From the NCBI GenBank assembly GCA_965649765.1, contig OZ287753.1:12524001-12588000 (forward strand): a DNA stretch of 64,000 nucleotides, written 5' to 3'. Under the pieces are notes generated by a model that saw only the letters and a program-made list of their open reading frames with translations, had not been told where the DNA came from and ran no database searches. Position numbers and translations under genes: made by a program. The stretch comes from Bispira polyomma (lineage: Eukaryota). Of the stretch, positions 14,101 to 28,760 are shown one piece after another. How positions within the stretch are numbered: the stretch's first letter is position 1; each line of letters opens with the position of its first letter.

Positions 14101-16389
14101 CTGGAAAATGATAAACAAACATGGCCTTAGAAATTGATTTGCTTTCGAAAAGTTTTTGTCTAATATCATGACGGCAAGTTCACTGTTAGGGAAAATCAGG
14201 GTAGTTGATCAAGGGTTTTCTCTTCTGTAAACCACCAACCTTCAGCAAGTTTAGTGTTAACTGTTACAACATCCCTGCTAGGGGCAAGACTCAAACACAC
14301 GGCTACGCAAAGGTGTAAGGCAAGTGTGTGATCACTACACCACTGGCACCCCCAAATTGTGGCATAAACAAATTTTTTAAATGCAACTGGTATAGGTCTC
14401 AAACAATGGTTCTACGAGAGGAAAAGAATTTTTTAATACAAATAATTACTAAAAATAGAAAACCCGCTCTGTTTGCCTTCTTCCAATGTTATCAAACTGA
14501 TTTATTTTAATTTATTTATCAAACTTTTGTAATCAAAAATCAAAATCTCAGACTAGTCAGTACCCCCTTGTTTTCATTAATCAGACACTGCAAGGTAAAG
14601 ATGCATTGACTATGACAAATATCAAAGTATTTGAAACAGTTGACACCTTCTGATAGAAATGCTACACTTTATTCATACCTTAGAAAGACAAATGTCAAAA
14701 ATTTAATTCATTCAGACACAGATGTTAGTGGTAATTAAACACTACTAAAAATTGGGATGGGTTTGGAAATGCCCCGAAAAATGATTTATTTTTACTGATT
14801 TAGTTTTTTTGAGGGTCTATTTAAATTAACTGATCTATTTGAGCCCTGCTTAATTACTTTTTAGTGGAGTTTAAATTAAAATGTGTAGGTGAAATTGTGT
14901 TTCAGTTTAAATTTTTATTCCTTTTTCTCTGGGTTTAGGAGAAAACGTAAAACCTATCTATTCAACCTTGTTTAATCCCCCTTAGTCCCCACCCTGTACA
15001 ACCTACATCCTACCTAGTGACCAGATTATGTTTTTTGGACTTCTCTTTTTTTTATTTATTTTTTGACAATATACATAGTACATCACAATATTTCACAGAC
15101 AAACATGTAGTACTCAACAGTACAATACATTAGGACACTGACAGGTATAACGTATGGTATATATTATATTGGATATACATACAAGGATAGCTTTGGTGAA
15201 CCAAGGTGGACAACTCATTTGCACTCAAATTTGGCTTTCAATGAATTTAAATTTTTTTGTAATATTCACAGCTTTTTGGACTTCTCGATTTATAATTGAT
15301 TCTGTTGTAGCACTGAAGATGCCTCGCATCAATAAGGCGCGTTAAAAATACAAACTACATTACAAAATTCCCCAGTAACCATTATATGGCACTATCGGGG
15401 ACATCACCCTACTAAGCCACAGCAAAATACACCACAATATAAACATATATTGTTAATTAAATAGAGCATAAACCTTAACTAATACAATGCATGATTATAT
15501 AAGCACCTCAAATGTCTCTCTGTATGACCCAGCAAACCATGAGGAAACTCACACATTACTCACATAAACAGTTGTAAATCAGCTGTAAAATTCACCGTTT
15601 TTGTTGTCACTTAGTACGCGTCGCTGACGTTGTTTTGCAGGTTTGCGGGACAATGGGATTTGGTTTTCATGTCAAATTGGTTGTTCCTATTGTCTACAAT
15701 AATTTGTGAGGGATTTTGTCCTAGTTTATCTTGTGTATCACTTTGTGTATCACTTTGTGCAGCCAATAACACATCTGATCTACTAATGACACATCTGAGG
15801 CTATTGTCTCCTGTTTGTAAAACCATTCTACCTCTCTATTATATACCTATCCCTAGGCCTTATTTATACGGAACTCCTAGTTGATATCAGTAAGCATTAG
15901 TCGCGCCATCACCAAAGTTTTGAAAAGTTCCAAACTTATGTGAACAAATGCTCGTTTGTGAGGGTTTTTGTTGGGAGAGGGGTATATGTCTTGTTTAGTC
16001 TTGGAACGTTCCTCGTCAGTACAAGGTTGTGTTGACTAGTTTCATATTACTGTCATTAGTGTCTTTTTTTACAATTAGTAAGGTATTAGTGGGTATTCGT
16101 TATTGTTAGTTATGTCTACGTTTCTCATTATTAGGTGTTAGTGGAGGTGCATGCCACTTTTGTGGCAGATCCATCAAAATTTCATTTTAAACATGTCTCA
16201 ACTTCGTGGCAGTGGGGCTGGGGTGGGTCTTTTTGGGGGGTGATCTATACTTGGATTAAAAAAACTACGAACTTGATGCAACGAATACTGACAAACGAAC
16301 GTCTAAATGAAACTCAGCCTTTAGCATGTAATATACATTCTGTTGTATATAAAACAGGCATACGCAAGAGCACCTCTGCTGTCTGTTAA

Positions 16390-16830
16390 ATATTCAAACA
16401 CTTTTTCACTGGCTATCCGTCGAACAGCACATTCTTTTTAAATACAACCTTTTTGTGTTCCAAGCTATCAAACTCAGCCAACCTCCTTATCTGTCCTTTC
16501 AAATCAAATTTAGAAGCCTTACCCGGGTAAACCATCTCTCCGTCTCCTCAACCAGACGAAACAGAAAAATTGCTTTGCTTTGCCGTTGCAGCTCCTGTTG
16601 AATGGAACAAAGTCCCACACACTCTCAGATTACAGGATAAAATCTCAGGTCTCAAAAGCTTCCTGAAAAGTTACTTTTTCAGACTGGCCTACCCCCGTCC
16701 TTAGTCAACCTTCCCTTGGTGGATGCTTTCCTGGTAACAACCTTTTGCTTGCCCCTTGACTTTCCCTTTTTGCATATCAGCGCCTAAGAGGATGTTCTCA
16801 TTAATTTGGCATTTTATAAATGTTTCAATT
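16390..16830 (+). mobile_element. CR1/L2-type LINE 3' fragment
   Basis: FAFAVAAPVEWNKVPHTLR...LKSFLKSYFFRLAYP, then a GCGCCTAAGAG-type tail. Confidence 0.65.
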
Positions 16831-16994
16831 ACTATTGTGGCCATTTACTATATCCTTTACAGAGATATTTTGGAGAAGTCCAAAAACAAATCCAACAGGC
16901 CCCTGTGAATGTTTAGGTTTGTTTGAGCATTTTGGCGTGGTTCCGTAAAGTAGGCCCCAATACTCCTCAGGGTGCTTCACAATCACTGGTCTCT

Positions 16995-17190
16995 CCCTTC
17001 TGGGATCGGCTGGCGTGGATTTGACTACCGTAGATGCCTATGTGGGAAAGGTGGTAGTTTCTCACTGTGGGCTGTTGGTTTCAGTGCAGAACCTTGATCA
17101 ACTGCATGCCGTGTTTCCTCCAGCGTTTCCAACTACCTTTCCCAATATAACCTAAACAAGTACTAGAGTGGACGTTAAATATCCCAATTA
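16995..17190 (+). mobile_element. SINE copy with A-rich tail
   Basis: Near-identical to the reverse complement of 56165-56335; followed by poly-A at about 17189-17211. Confidence 0.7.
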
Positions 17191-18879
17191 AAAAAAAAAA
17201 AAAATAAAAAATACTTCCTAGACCTTCCTAAAGACCCTCTCGGACCCTCTTTTTTTACCATAGCACCTTTGGGTGTACAGTAATACAGGCCCCAATAAAC
17301 TCTTAGTGCACCAATGGGTATTATTTTTGAGTATGCAAGTAGCGACAATTTGTGGAGTTTCTGTAAGGCAAGCTTTAATATGCGATCACAGAACCAATGT
17401 ATTGTTTTTGTATAGCATTTCTTTGGGTGGTTTAGCTTGTCTATTACATTTTGGCAATGCCCTCCTGTGCTATGAATGCATAGTCCAGCTGCATTACAGA
17501 AACTTTAAAAAATATACGCAAAAAACACATTGCTATTCTTACGGCATATTGAGGCCTGCATTACGAACCCCCCCCCTCAAAAAAAATAAAAAATGCTGTA
17601 TTAGTGCTCTGAGGGCAGATTGTTGTTGATCATATGACACTCCCAAAATGCTATGGAAAAACTATGAATCAGCTCTCTAAGTGTCTATTGGGACTGGCGC
17701 TCTAAAGGATGACAGATAATTGCCTTTTTAACAAAAAAAAAAATAAGCTTTCATTTTAGATTTAGGCAACAAGCAAGTTTATTATCTGTATAAGGACACT
17801 GTGTTTATGCCATAATATAGGCCCTGTACAATGATAAAGCGCTAGTACTATTGTTATTCTGGTATTTCTGTGTTTAGTAAATCATTACATCACCAATGAA
17901 CTTGAGGGATTCAGTTTCTCAAGTAATAACCCATCTTGCACATTTCACTGTTTGAAAGATAAATGAATTATCATCACTTGTTGTAAGTTGTCATTGTTTT
18001 GCTTTGTTTTGGCCTTGGAGGACAGAGTCGCGTGGGAAAAGCTGTCTATTACTGGATGTAGGTTTTTAAAGGCTGTAAACCTTGCTTTTGGTTTACAACT
18101 TAATTAAAAAATAAAAAAAAAAGTATTTTTAATTTTTATTTTTTTATATATTTTTTTCTATAAAAAAAATTATTTTGTATGTTGTTTTGTTTAGAGTCAC
18201 ATATCTGATAACAACTGATAATACAGACAGACTGTATAAAATTTATGAAAAAAAACACTTTTTTTATGGAGGAGTCCTACTATAATAATAATAATAATAA
18301 GGTATATTCACTCTCCCCCCACCCCCACGACCAAGAAATCCTTACATACCCCTCACCCCCCCCACCCCTCATTGTACAGAATAATATACTTTAGTCTTTG
18401 GATGCTTCAGTAAAATATCCGTCACAATGAACAATACACAAATCAGTAATCAACACAAGATATTTCCCTTCTATATTGTATAAAGTTTTACTAAGCAGAA
18501 GTAAACATGACATTGATTTCCTAGGAGAAAATGTACCCAGGGGTGTTCCATTGTTTTGGAATATGATCATTACTATTCTAACATAACAAATTATATTTTT
18601 TTTACCTAAATCTGGTTTTACTTTGAATTATATCGCCTTAGTGTGGGAACTACTTAAACTAAGTAAATTAGACGTCAGGAAAACCTCGACTGTTCCGACG
18701 TTGTAATCCTAGATAGTTTACCCTACTTTAGAACCAATCAGGATTGGTGACACAAGCTTGTGCCATGTTACACCAGTGCTTAACACACAATCCAACTCCC
18801 ACCCGATCCTCCTCTAGCCTACATAACTCAGTTATTTTACTGTGGGTGATATATACACAACCAACGCAGTATATCCAAC

Positions 18880-19642
18880 TATGGAGCCCCTAAAGTAGCA
18901 TAGCAAGGAGTGAGATTTGTTTAAAATCGTTTCTACAAGATAGTAAGTCATTACCTCAAAATAGAAAGTAGTCTCCTCAAGATTAAAAGTCGTTACCTCA
19001 AGATAGTATATTCTTACCTGAATATAGTATATTGTTACCTGAATACAGTATCTTGTTACCTGAATGCAGTATATTGTTACCTGAATATAGTATATTGTTA
19101 CCTGAATACAGTATCTTGTTACCTGAATACAGTATCTTGTTACCTGAATATAGTATATTGTTACCTGAATACAGTATCTTTTTACCTGAATACAGTATCT
19201 TGTTACCTGAATATAGTATATTGTTACCTGAATATAGTATCGTGTTACCTCACGATAGTATATTGTTACCTGAATACAGTATAGTGTTACCTCAAGATAG
19301 TATATTGCTACATCAAGATAGAAAGTTGTTACCTCAGGATAGTAAGTCATTACCTGATTATAGTATCTTGTTACCTCAAGATAGTATCATGTTACCTTAA
19401 AATAATCGTAACTTTCTATCTTGAGTTAACGACTTTCTACCTTGAGGTAGCGATTTTCTATCTTGACTTAATGACTTTCTATCTTGAGGTAGCGACTTTC
19501 TTTTTAATTAACGACTTTCTATCTTGAGTAAACGACTTTCTATCTTGAGGTAGCGACTTTCTATCTTGAGTAAACAATAGGTTTTTTCAAATCCCCCCCC
19601 CCCCCACACACACATTTGCTATGTCAGTTTAGGGGCTCTGTA
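18880..19642. mobile_element. Non-autonomous TIR DNA transposon (IS3EU-like) with internal 21-bp tandem arrays in opposite orientations
   Basis: TIRs TATGGAGCCCCTAAAGTAGCATAGCAA / TTGCTATGTCAGTTTAGGGGCTCTGTA; flanks TCCAAC / GCCAAC (6-bp TSD, 1 mismatch). 21-mer GTTACCTGAATAYAGTATMTT about 22 times on the left and the inverted GACTTTCTATCTTGAGGTAAC about 8 times on the right. Confidence 0.75.
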
Positions 19643-19877
19643 GCCAACTGCTTTTACTGGTGGAGATTAAATGTAGTCACAATGCACAACTCATTTATCT
19701 TAATACAGAACAGCCTAATTGAAGTTTGACCAGCCCACTCTCACTGTAAAATCAAGGTTTTGGCCTTCACTAACTCAAAAGACAACTACACACACAAAAA
19801 GGCTCCTGGCAGCAATTGAGAAACTGCAAAGACACATTGTGTTCAATTGTTCAATTGTGTCACATGGCTGCCAGTAT

Positions 19878-19880
<3 letters not shown>

Positions 19881-19929
<49 letters not shown>
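19881..19929. repeat. (TA)n microsatellite
   Basis: Pure TA run; others at about 24673-24696, 36026-36072 and 49546-49597. Confidence 0.95.
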
Positions 19930-19931
<2 letters not shown>

Positions 19932-20974
19932 AAGAATTTAACTTAGGTCTAATACAAAGTAGATATCAGGTTATATGATACTATTATACCTCGGCAGAGA
20001 ATCCTAAGATTTGATTGGTTCAGAAGTGGTCACATGACATGTTCTATTCTAACTGAAGGGACTCAAAATTTATTTTTAAAATTATCATTAGTTTAGTAAA
20101 AAATTAGGCCTACTTTTGATAATTCGTCCCATCCCATTAAATTAATGGAAGAAATAGACAATACAAATATAGAAAAGATGATTGTGTGTGTGTGTGATGT
20201 GTGTGTGTGCTCTCCAAATAGTAGTCCATTTCAATGATGAAAGCAATGACACTCCCCTATAGCAAGTAGCAGGGTTAGATATTCTTTAAGGTATACTTGT
20301 CAAACTCACACCTGGATTCTCTCTATAATAACTCTGGATACAGTCAACATATCTAACATCTGACTTCATAGTTCAGCTCAGTGTTAAAAGCTCAATTGAA
20401 ATGAATGGTCACAAGTATAGGTTATTCCCATGTGCACAGATTTTCACAAGTATAGCCTGTACATTTGAGTGGAGTCACAGAGTTTAAGAGCCCTGAGCTT
20501 ATTTTTGATAACATCCTCCGACCAGGCTTCTTATTTACCTCTAAGCAGCCGGATATCTGATGTAAGGACTAGTATAAATATGCCTGTTCTTAATTTAGTT
20601 TCATCATAATACCTTAATCAACAAAATTTAAATTTTCTGTCCTATATACATATAATCCAAATACTTTCTTGCCAAAACACTAGAATATACCACAATTTAC
20701 ATATTCAAGTAACTACTAGGGGATTTCCATTGTGGGCCTGTGTTTGAAGTTTGTTCTTGAGATCTTATTTTTAAGCCTTAGACTACTAATGTTCAGTAGG
20801 GTTGGGGAGGAGGTATATGTGTGTATGTTATATTCCAGCTTTTAGCCTTGGAATAGACAAGCGTTGTCTTTTAAAAAGACACAGATGAGCACAGTATGAA
20901 ATACACTAGCATGGATATGGCCACTATATACTCAAGCCCCCCCCCCCCCCCCCAAGGCTGCACCTGATAAGGGT

Positions 20975-21300
20975 AATCTCCTGTGGTCTAGTGGTTTAGG
21001 GTGTTGGTCTGATGATTAGAAGGTCCACGGTTTTATTCCCGGTACTGACTGCTAGTTTCATCTGGTGGGATAACATCCTTGGGCAAGATGTGAACACAAA
21101 TTTGTGTAGTGGCTCGGATGACTACTTAAAATGGCGGTCCTATGTCACTGAGTAATATCTCCAGTGGCAGATTAAAGATCCTTGGGGACTTTGATTAATG
21201 TTCATCCTCAAGCAAGCATCGGTGCCTCTAATGGCTGCCCATGAGTAGGCACATTTAAAATGGCCTGTGTCGTTTAAGTGCTCTATAACAAATGTCCTAT
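20975..21300 (+). mobile_element. tRNA-derived SINE (family 2)
   Basis: A-box-like TGGTCTAGTGG head; core ccttgggcaagatg...gtggctcggatga..acttaaaatgg also at 52975-53155(+), 48265-48530(+), and fragments at 12260-12335(-) and 12820-12885(-). Confidence 0.7.
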
Positions 21301-24300
21301 TTTGTTTCATAATAATACAAATCTGACAGACACCCTCTGTGATTTAAAGATAATATACAAATATTAGTGTTATTAAAGAATCAAAATTTACAGTAAACAT
21401 AAACTATTGTATTGGGCATAAGGTCACCTTATATCATCACATGTACTTATCTTAAGTCAACCTTAAATAAATCAATTAACCTTTTAAATTGTGCTAACCT
21501 TAAAATTCAACCTTTTTTATTCATTTAAATGAACCTTAACTAAATTTTACTAAACTCAAGTTAAGGTAACCTCATGCCCCAAACTAGAACTGTGTATAAA
21601 ACCTAGTAGATTGAACATGTAGTATGTAATAAAATATTATAATCTTTTCTCATAGAAATGTAACTATTTGAAATCTTACTACCACCCAGAGGAACTGCCT
21701 CAGTTTTTGTCTGGGCCGATTGTTTCCAACCCCAATCCATGCTTTACATAGTTTCGCTAAGATGGTGGGCGCCACTTTTTCAAAATGAAAAACAATATCA
21801 GGCTGGCCTGATAAAAAACATTGCACCTTGTCCTCCCCAGCTGACAAGGTCATTCTCGTCCCCTCTGTCAACACTCTCCAACTCAGGTCAATACTCTATT
21901 AATTTTCTTGTTATTTTCTCTATCTTGCTTTACAATTTCCACACCTCCGGAGCGGATCCAAGAGCAGTATCCAACAAGATCCAACAAAAATAGAAAATAA
22001 TGACTACAAAGGTGACATGATTAATGAGTTCAATATATTACTGGAACAAAAAATCCAATCTGGGTTACAAAAAAACACCATCTGCTTAGTGTTTGTCTTC
22101 CCATGAGATATCCAAAAGGTGTATAGTATCCTAAAAAGAGGTAAGACACTTTCTGTTTCCTCTGATAAACCCATCAAGAGGGCTGGATCTAGAGCTTTCT
22201 CAATCGCTATCCCTATGTTATGGAATAGTCTCTCAGTTGCGCTTTGATCACTCGAAAGACTTTCTGGGTTTAGGAGAAAACTTAAATCCTACTTCATCCA
22301 ACTCAATTATCCCAACTTATTACCCTCCCGGTACATCCCACATTTTTTCTTACAACATTGCTATGTTTTTTTATTATACTTTAATTCTGTTGTTGCACTT
22401 TGAAAGATGCTTTGCATCAATAAGGTACATTAAAATGCAAAATTTAATACAAAACAATAATAACACATAACATGCAATATATATCAATAAATAATAGGAC
22501 AGTCCCAATGGGGTTGGTAAGTCTTACAAAATTGGCAACATTCTCAGTAGAGCAAGGTAGATGGACAGTTCCATGAAAAATAATATTCTCACTTTTTGAC
22601 ATAATGAACACCAGGTTGAAAAACCAGGTGAACACCAAATATAAGTCACTTTTTCTCTATTATTTTCTTTCTGTCACCTGAATTACACAAACAAAACTAC
22701 TGAACCCGATGTACATAAAATTTCGTAAAGAGGGGAGGAGGCATGGTCCAATAAATAATTCATTGATGATTTGGTGGGAGTGGACGTTGGTAGAAGGGGT
22801 GGATTTGGTGGGGGTATGCACTCTTTTGAGTGCCCTTCTGGTTTATGATTATAGTCATAGCTTTTAAGTCTACACTTCATTTCAGCCAATACTGAGGTCG
22901 GCTGATTTTAAAATATCCAAGCCAATGCGACATCAGCGGATGCATAAAAATGTAGTAAATATTCGTCAGATATTGAGGGCAAAATGGTGTGAGAAGGCTT
23001 ATGTTATATTGTGATTATTATTGCTTTTTATTGCATGCAAATCTGTTAAGAAACGGCTAAGGTATTTAAGTGTAAATACAAGTACCACTCTTTACTTCCT
23101 GGTTTGTGTCGACTACTCGTTTGAGGTGCATGTTCATGTGCCATTTCTTGTTTGTTTTACACCGAAAGACTAAAACTACAAATATTGGCTGATAGTGTAA
23201 CAACATGAAGACTGAAATTTCTCCATTTTCGCTGATATGTCGGGCTGACCTACGATTTTTGGATGGTTGAACAGACTTTTGATGACATATTATAGGATGT
23301 GATGCAAATCTGTTGAAAGAAAGTGCTTTCTAAAATCTAACAATGGCCGAAACCTTGATCCCTTGTCGGCCAACAAAATAGCGACTGAAAGGAACCGCAC
23401 ATTAAGAGGTATAATTATACAACCTTAAATTATTTATTTTATTCTTGAGTTCAAGGAAATGTAATTCGTTTAGCTACATCAAAAATCCACATTTTTTTTT
23501 GACTGGAAGACAAGCTTAAATAATTAAATGGATCCCCATGGGGCTACATATACATCATGTTACTGGTTGTGGAGGCATTTTTTTCTTTATTGCCTGCACT
23601 TACATAATAAAAGTCTATAGCAGCATAATTTTGATAGCTTTCTCACAATGACAAATGATCTTACTGCACATATATGTGCCATTCTAGTGGTTCTTTTTAC
23701 ACTTTGGCGACAATTACCAGAATTGTGTTACCATGGAAACTGATAATGACTTCGGGTTAAAGATTAAGGTTTATTGTATTTTCTCAGGTAAAATATCTGG
23801 AGATTTCTTGTTTTTTACTTGGGGTAGGGTTGTAAAACTGATCCACAATTTTATAGGCTGACAATAAAAATGTCAATTTTTTTAAAGCAAATTAAAAACC
23901 ATTGGCCATGTCTTAAACTAATATTTAAACTTTGGTATCACATATAAATACATATCCTTATTATTTAAATAGAGTAACCCTAGATATGTTACCATTCATT
24001 AGATTTAAGGTTTCAGTGAGTAACTCTAATTTGTCTTCAGATTTGAGATATTTGGACATAATTATGACTTCAAGCTTAATACCTGTCCTGTGATAAATAA
24101 CTGTCCTCTGACTTATCCAACCACCAAGATCAAATAACTTTAATTAACATAGGCAAACATTTACTACACCTTCGATTATATATTGACATACATCAAATTC
24201 ATATGTCTATATACATTGTTAATTCATTAATTTACTACATATGTTAGTAGTATTCATAGCTCAACTTTATCTGTTTATACCTATGTACATAATGTATATA

Positions 24301-24671
24301 CATTGTTTAATAATTAAAATGCCAAAAAATAACTGCTATAAATAACAAAAAGTCCCGAAAGGATAACCTCAAACACTGTAGTCGTAGTATATAATTCTGT
24401 TAAACATTTTGTTTCGAAACTTGTTTCGCACCTATTTTTTGTCAAGAGTAATTTTTGTTGGCCACCAAAAAATATGAGAAATTTTGTAAATATAATGTAT
24501 CTGTGTTGCTCAAGTACTATGTGATACTCTCAGTCCAATGATAAAGGAACATTAGAAGATATATCACGACTACTCATAAAGAAAGACCCATAAAGACATT
24601 GTAAAACCTACCCCGCCAGACACATTTCAATCTTTTTTTATGTCAGTTTATTCCAAAAATAATGTAGGCTC

Positions 24672-24702
<31 letters not shown>

Positions 24703-25544
24703 AATTCTCTTTACTAAAATATGCCGGATACAATTGAAGTCATCCTCAACTTTTTGACCCCTATGTTATCAGCTAGCATGCGATAGCTTTTGTTACTCCC
24801 AGAACTTATGTGTCTGTCAGCATGCAGTCGAAACCCCCAAAAAAAATATTATTTTATTTTCCTTCAGTTCCTCGCAATTTGAAATTCTAAGGACAGCGGC
24901 CTGGCCAATGTAAAAAGACAATACTTAAGGCCGTTATTGAATGACGGAAGTAATCTGTTGTGTGTGTTTTAGTGACTCCAGCTGTCTGCAACCTATTACT
25001 GAATTATTTCCTTAAGTTCTTGATAATAGTTTTCTCTTGGAGTCGAAAGGGTTAATTTCTCCTGGTTACTAAAGTTAAACTTAAATCAGATAAGGTTGCC
25101 TTGAACTTAGTCTCAAGTTTATAAATTAATACATTTTAGATGTAACATAGAATATAATTAATATATACTCTAGTCCCTGGTTTTTACTAGTCTACAAGTA
25201 AAAACTTGGTGTCACGTCAAGGTCACTTTATAAAGGTCACTTTATAAAAACCTCCACCAAAGAAGTAATGTCTTCGTTTGTCGTCAAAATTAAACAAAGC
25301 CCACGGAAACATGGCCAATGTTCCAGCTTTACCTGTCAAAAGTACAAGCATACTAAAATCATTCTCTGTGTTGCTTGCAATTTTAGTGCCACAATTTGCT
25401 TAATTATGGCCCACAAAAGTGTTCCTCTGGTTGGCTTGCTGAGATCACAATAGAAAATGCAATCCATTTATTGTTAATTATTCGGAAGGAGTGATCCTTA
25501 ATGCATTTCCCCTTTGGATGAGACAGTACTTGATTATGAACCAA

Positions 25545-26060
25545 ACACCAGTCCATCTTCTTTAGCTTAGTTTAATAGCTATATTCTCAGCTCAAACTGA
25601 AGCTTAATTCCACAAGGCTATCCCTATCTCTGGTGAGAGGGGTTATACATAAATTCTGACTGCATATTTAAATTCAGTGTGGAAAGCTCTATTAAAATGA
25701 ATGGTCACAAGTATAGGTTTTTTCTACAGGAATGATGTAACCATAACCCCTCACTTAAGTTGAGTGTGAGGTTGCGTTATTTTGGAGAACAAGAATCCTT
25801 TGTATGGCGAAACTTCTCAAGCTCAACTAATAGTACGAAGCTCAAAGTCAAAGATATTCACAAATATCTCTGGCAAGAGTAAACCTAGGTAAAATCTGAA
25901 TGCATATTGGAATTCAGTGTTGAAAGCTCTATTAAAATGAATGGTCACAAGTATATGTTATATTTTCCATCTACATGAGTTACATACACAGCCTTCAATT
26001 GAGTTGAGTCTTATTTTGAGCTTGAGTTTTCTTTTGAGATAATAAGAACTCTGGCATATG
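25545..26060. repeat. Dispersed MITE-like repeat (ctcaa-rich; aaatgaatggtcacaagtataggtt motif)
   Basis: Motif occurs twice here and at about 20400 and 47550; the 47.4-47.66 kb copy ends in a Harbinger-like GAATACAGGTCCAG. Confidence 0.55.
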
Positions 26061-28169
26061 TATGTACTGAGACAGATCGTCACAAAATACTGCAGAGAGT
26101 GCAAAAGTTCCAGGAGGTAGTTTGACCTGGAAAGTTCTTAAGAAGGTTTTACACTCCAGTGCACTTAATATCAAATTGCTGGGTTGTTTCTGAGTAAAGA
26201 GGTGGGGGTTTAAAAGCCCTTTCACCACAGGAATTCTTTAGTATTGTTTTACAAATAGCCTCCCCCCCCCCTCCTAACCCACGCTCCAGTTTTAGTATCT
26301 ATTAGTATCTATTAGACGACTGCCCTCTCTCCCACTGCCAAGTGCATGATGGCAGCATTGTATACTGTAAGTCCATTAAAGCACTACCTGTGGTCAACAA
26401 TAAGCTCAGGGTGTGCAAAAAAACCACAAACCTAGCAGACAGTGCTTATCAGGGTGTTTTTTTTTTTGTCTTTGTTCATTAAAAGTACAGGAAGGAGGAT
26501 GGGAACAATAAGAAGAGAATGACTAGATATTTCTGCCATCTCCTCTGTCTTGGTGGTGGGGTGTGTGATAGGGAAGTAGATTTATCTCAGAAAGCTTCTG
26601 GGAATGCTCTCTCTGTCTTTTGACCAAATATGGGGAAGGGGAGGATTTATAATACATCTTTAGTAGCTGACCGAATGCTGACCTTGGCATTTTTTTTTTT
26701 GTTTTTGTTTTGACAAAAAGGCCAATGGCGGTTTCGAAACAGTCTCCCATTTATCATGGCTATTTTACGACCTAACAAAATTAATTATTTTGTTCAGTGT
26801 TATTGTTCAGTGAATGCACCAATACCTTGTTACATAGGTATTCCAGTCATTACATGTTATGGAAATTCTAATACTCAAACTGGACATTATACATAAATTT
26901 TTAACTTCCAAGAAAAAGTGTACAGAAAATAGGTTGGTAAAAATATTTATATGTATTGCTAAAATTCTGAAATTGATTCTTAAGTTGTGTACAGTTTCAT
27001 AATTAAATTTTGGCAAAGAGATATTTAGGTATTTCTTGTGGACCTTTTTACATAGACAAACTTTACCTACAAATATTCCTGTATATCTCTGTAATAACTC
27101 CTGAAACAACTATGGCCGTTTTAAAGCCTTAAACCATTTCCTAACTTAGAAAATGTCCCGAAATGGCCATGGCAGTTCCGAAACCATCATTGGTCACAAT
27201 TGACTAGTTATCTATCAGTGTCTATAAGTGAATCATGTATATTTATCTGGCTATAAAGGTGGAGGGGGACATATTTGATTGGATAGTACTATATTACCAC
27301 TACTTACAGCTGGTAACATATGACAAAAAAACTGTAAAAACCTTTATGGACTGGCGACTACACGACACAACAGTGCAAAGTACATAAAACACGACACAAT
27401 GCTACATATTTCATATAAAATATGATGTATCTACATAACAAAAGCCACAAACATACCATAATGTGAACGACCTGACGTTTTTTTTTTAAGATTTCTCCCA
27501 GTTTAATTGTCTTATTGGTGTGTGTGTGGTGTAATTGGAAGCAGTCTATATAATGTTTTTATATTTTCTTATTTTAATTTTTTTGCCATATTGTGTAGTG
27601 GGCGGTCTATGAGGGCCTTAAGAAATATTTCCAGACTTACTTATATAATACATAAAAAATCACATATATATCCAACAATAAAGTAGTGTACATATGTTAA
27701 CAATGAAACATAAAACTTAAAAGCAACATATTCAATATGTTAAAAAATATCTGTCACTTCTTGTAAATTATTAACGTTATTTAGTCTATAAATATTTTGT
27801 TTTCTTCATGTGATAAAGATGGCGCTTAAGTTCTAATTTTAGATGTTTTGTTGTTTTGAAATTTACACGAAGTTAACATTTATTTAACAGTTAATCAATG
27901 TTTCTTTCAGTTCTGATGTAAAACATATTGATTGCCACGAAATATTTGTTTAAGGTGTTTGATTCAATAAAAATCACTTCTAAAAGCATCTGTCTGTGAC
28001 ATTACTTTGAAACCACTCAATTGCCAATCATCTTTACTTTTCTAGGTCAGGCTATATTTTGGTTTGTTATTCAATACAAAAGTGCAAAAATGGAACAAAT
28101 AAAGCCCTGTGAAAGAAGTAAATCCCATGTGTAGGGATTGAGCTTTGGCACAGCATTGTGATGCTAAAT

Positions 28170-28760
28170 GACACTGTAATTGACTCTATGAGACTGTTTT
28201 CAACTCTATGAGACACTGTAATCAACTCTATGAGACACTGTAATCAACTCTATGAGACACTGTAATCAACTCTTTGAGACACTCTAATCAACTCAATGAG
28301 ACACTGTAATCAACTCTACGAGTCATTATAATCAACTCTATGAGAAACTGCAATCAACTCTATGAGACTGTAATCAACTTTATAAGACACTGTAATCAAC
28401 TCTATGAGACACTGTAATCAACTCTATGAAACTGTAATCAACTCTATGAGACACTGTAATCAACTATATGAGACACTATAATAAACTCTATGAGACATTG
28501 TAATCAACTCCATGAGACTGTAATCAACTCTATGTGACACTGTTATCAACTCTATAAGACACTGTAATCAACTCTACGAGACTGTAATCAACTCTATGAG
28601 ACACTGTAATCAACTCTATGAGACTGTAATAAACTATATGAGACTGTAATCAATTCTATGTGACACCGTTATCAACTCTATGAGACACCGTAATCAACTC
28701 TATGAGACACTGTAATCAACTCTATGAGACACTGTAATCAACTCTATGGGACACTGCTAT
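28170..28760. repeat. Minisatellite, 22-bp unit TATGAGACACTGTAATCAACTC with 20-bp variants
   Basis: About 27 tandem units directly visible. Confidence 0.95.

Noticed and set aside
18832-19400. ORFs of 172 aa and 122 aa with heptad repeats (QVTIYYI / LLPEYSI)
   Set aside because: Artefacts of a 21-bp (3n) tandem repeat inside a TIR element; open on both strands with no splice or coding context.
20975-21060. Possible tRNA genes here and at about 39580 and 52980
   Set aside because: Degenerate A/B boxes without a complete cloverleaf, each followed by SINE body sequence.
28170-28760. Regular short repeats resembling a CRISPR array
   Set aside because: Units are directly adjacent with no unique spacers, there are no cas genes, and the context is eukaryotic.
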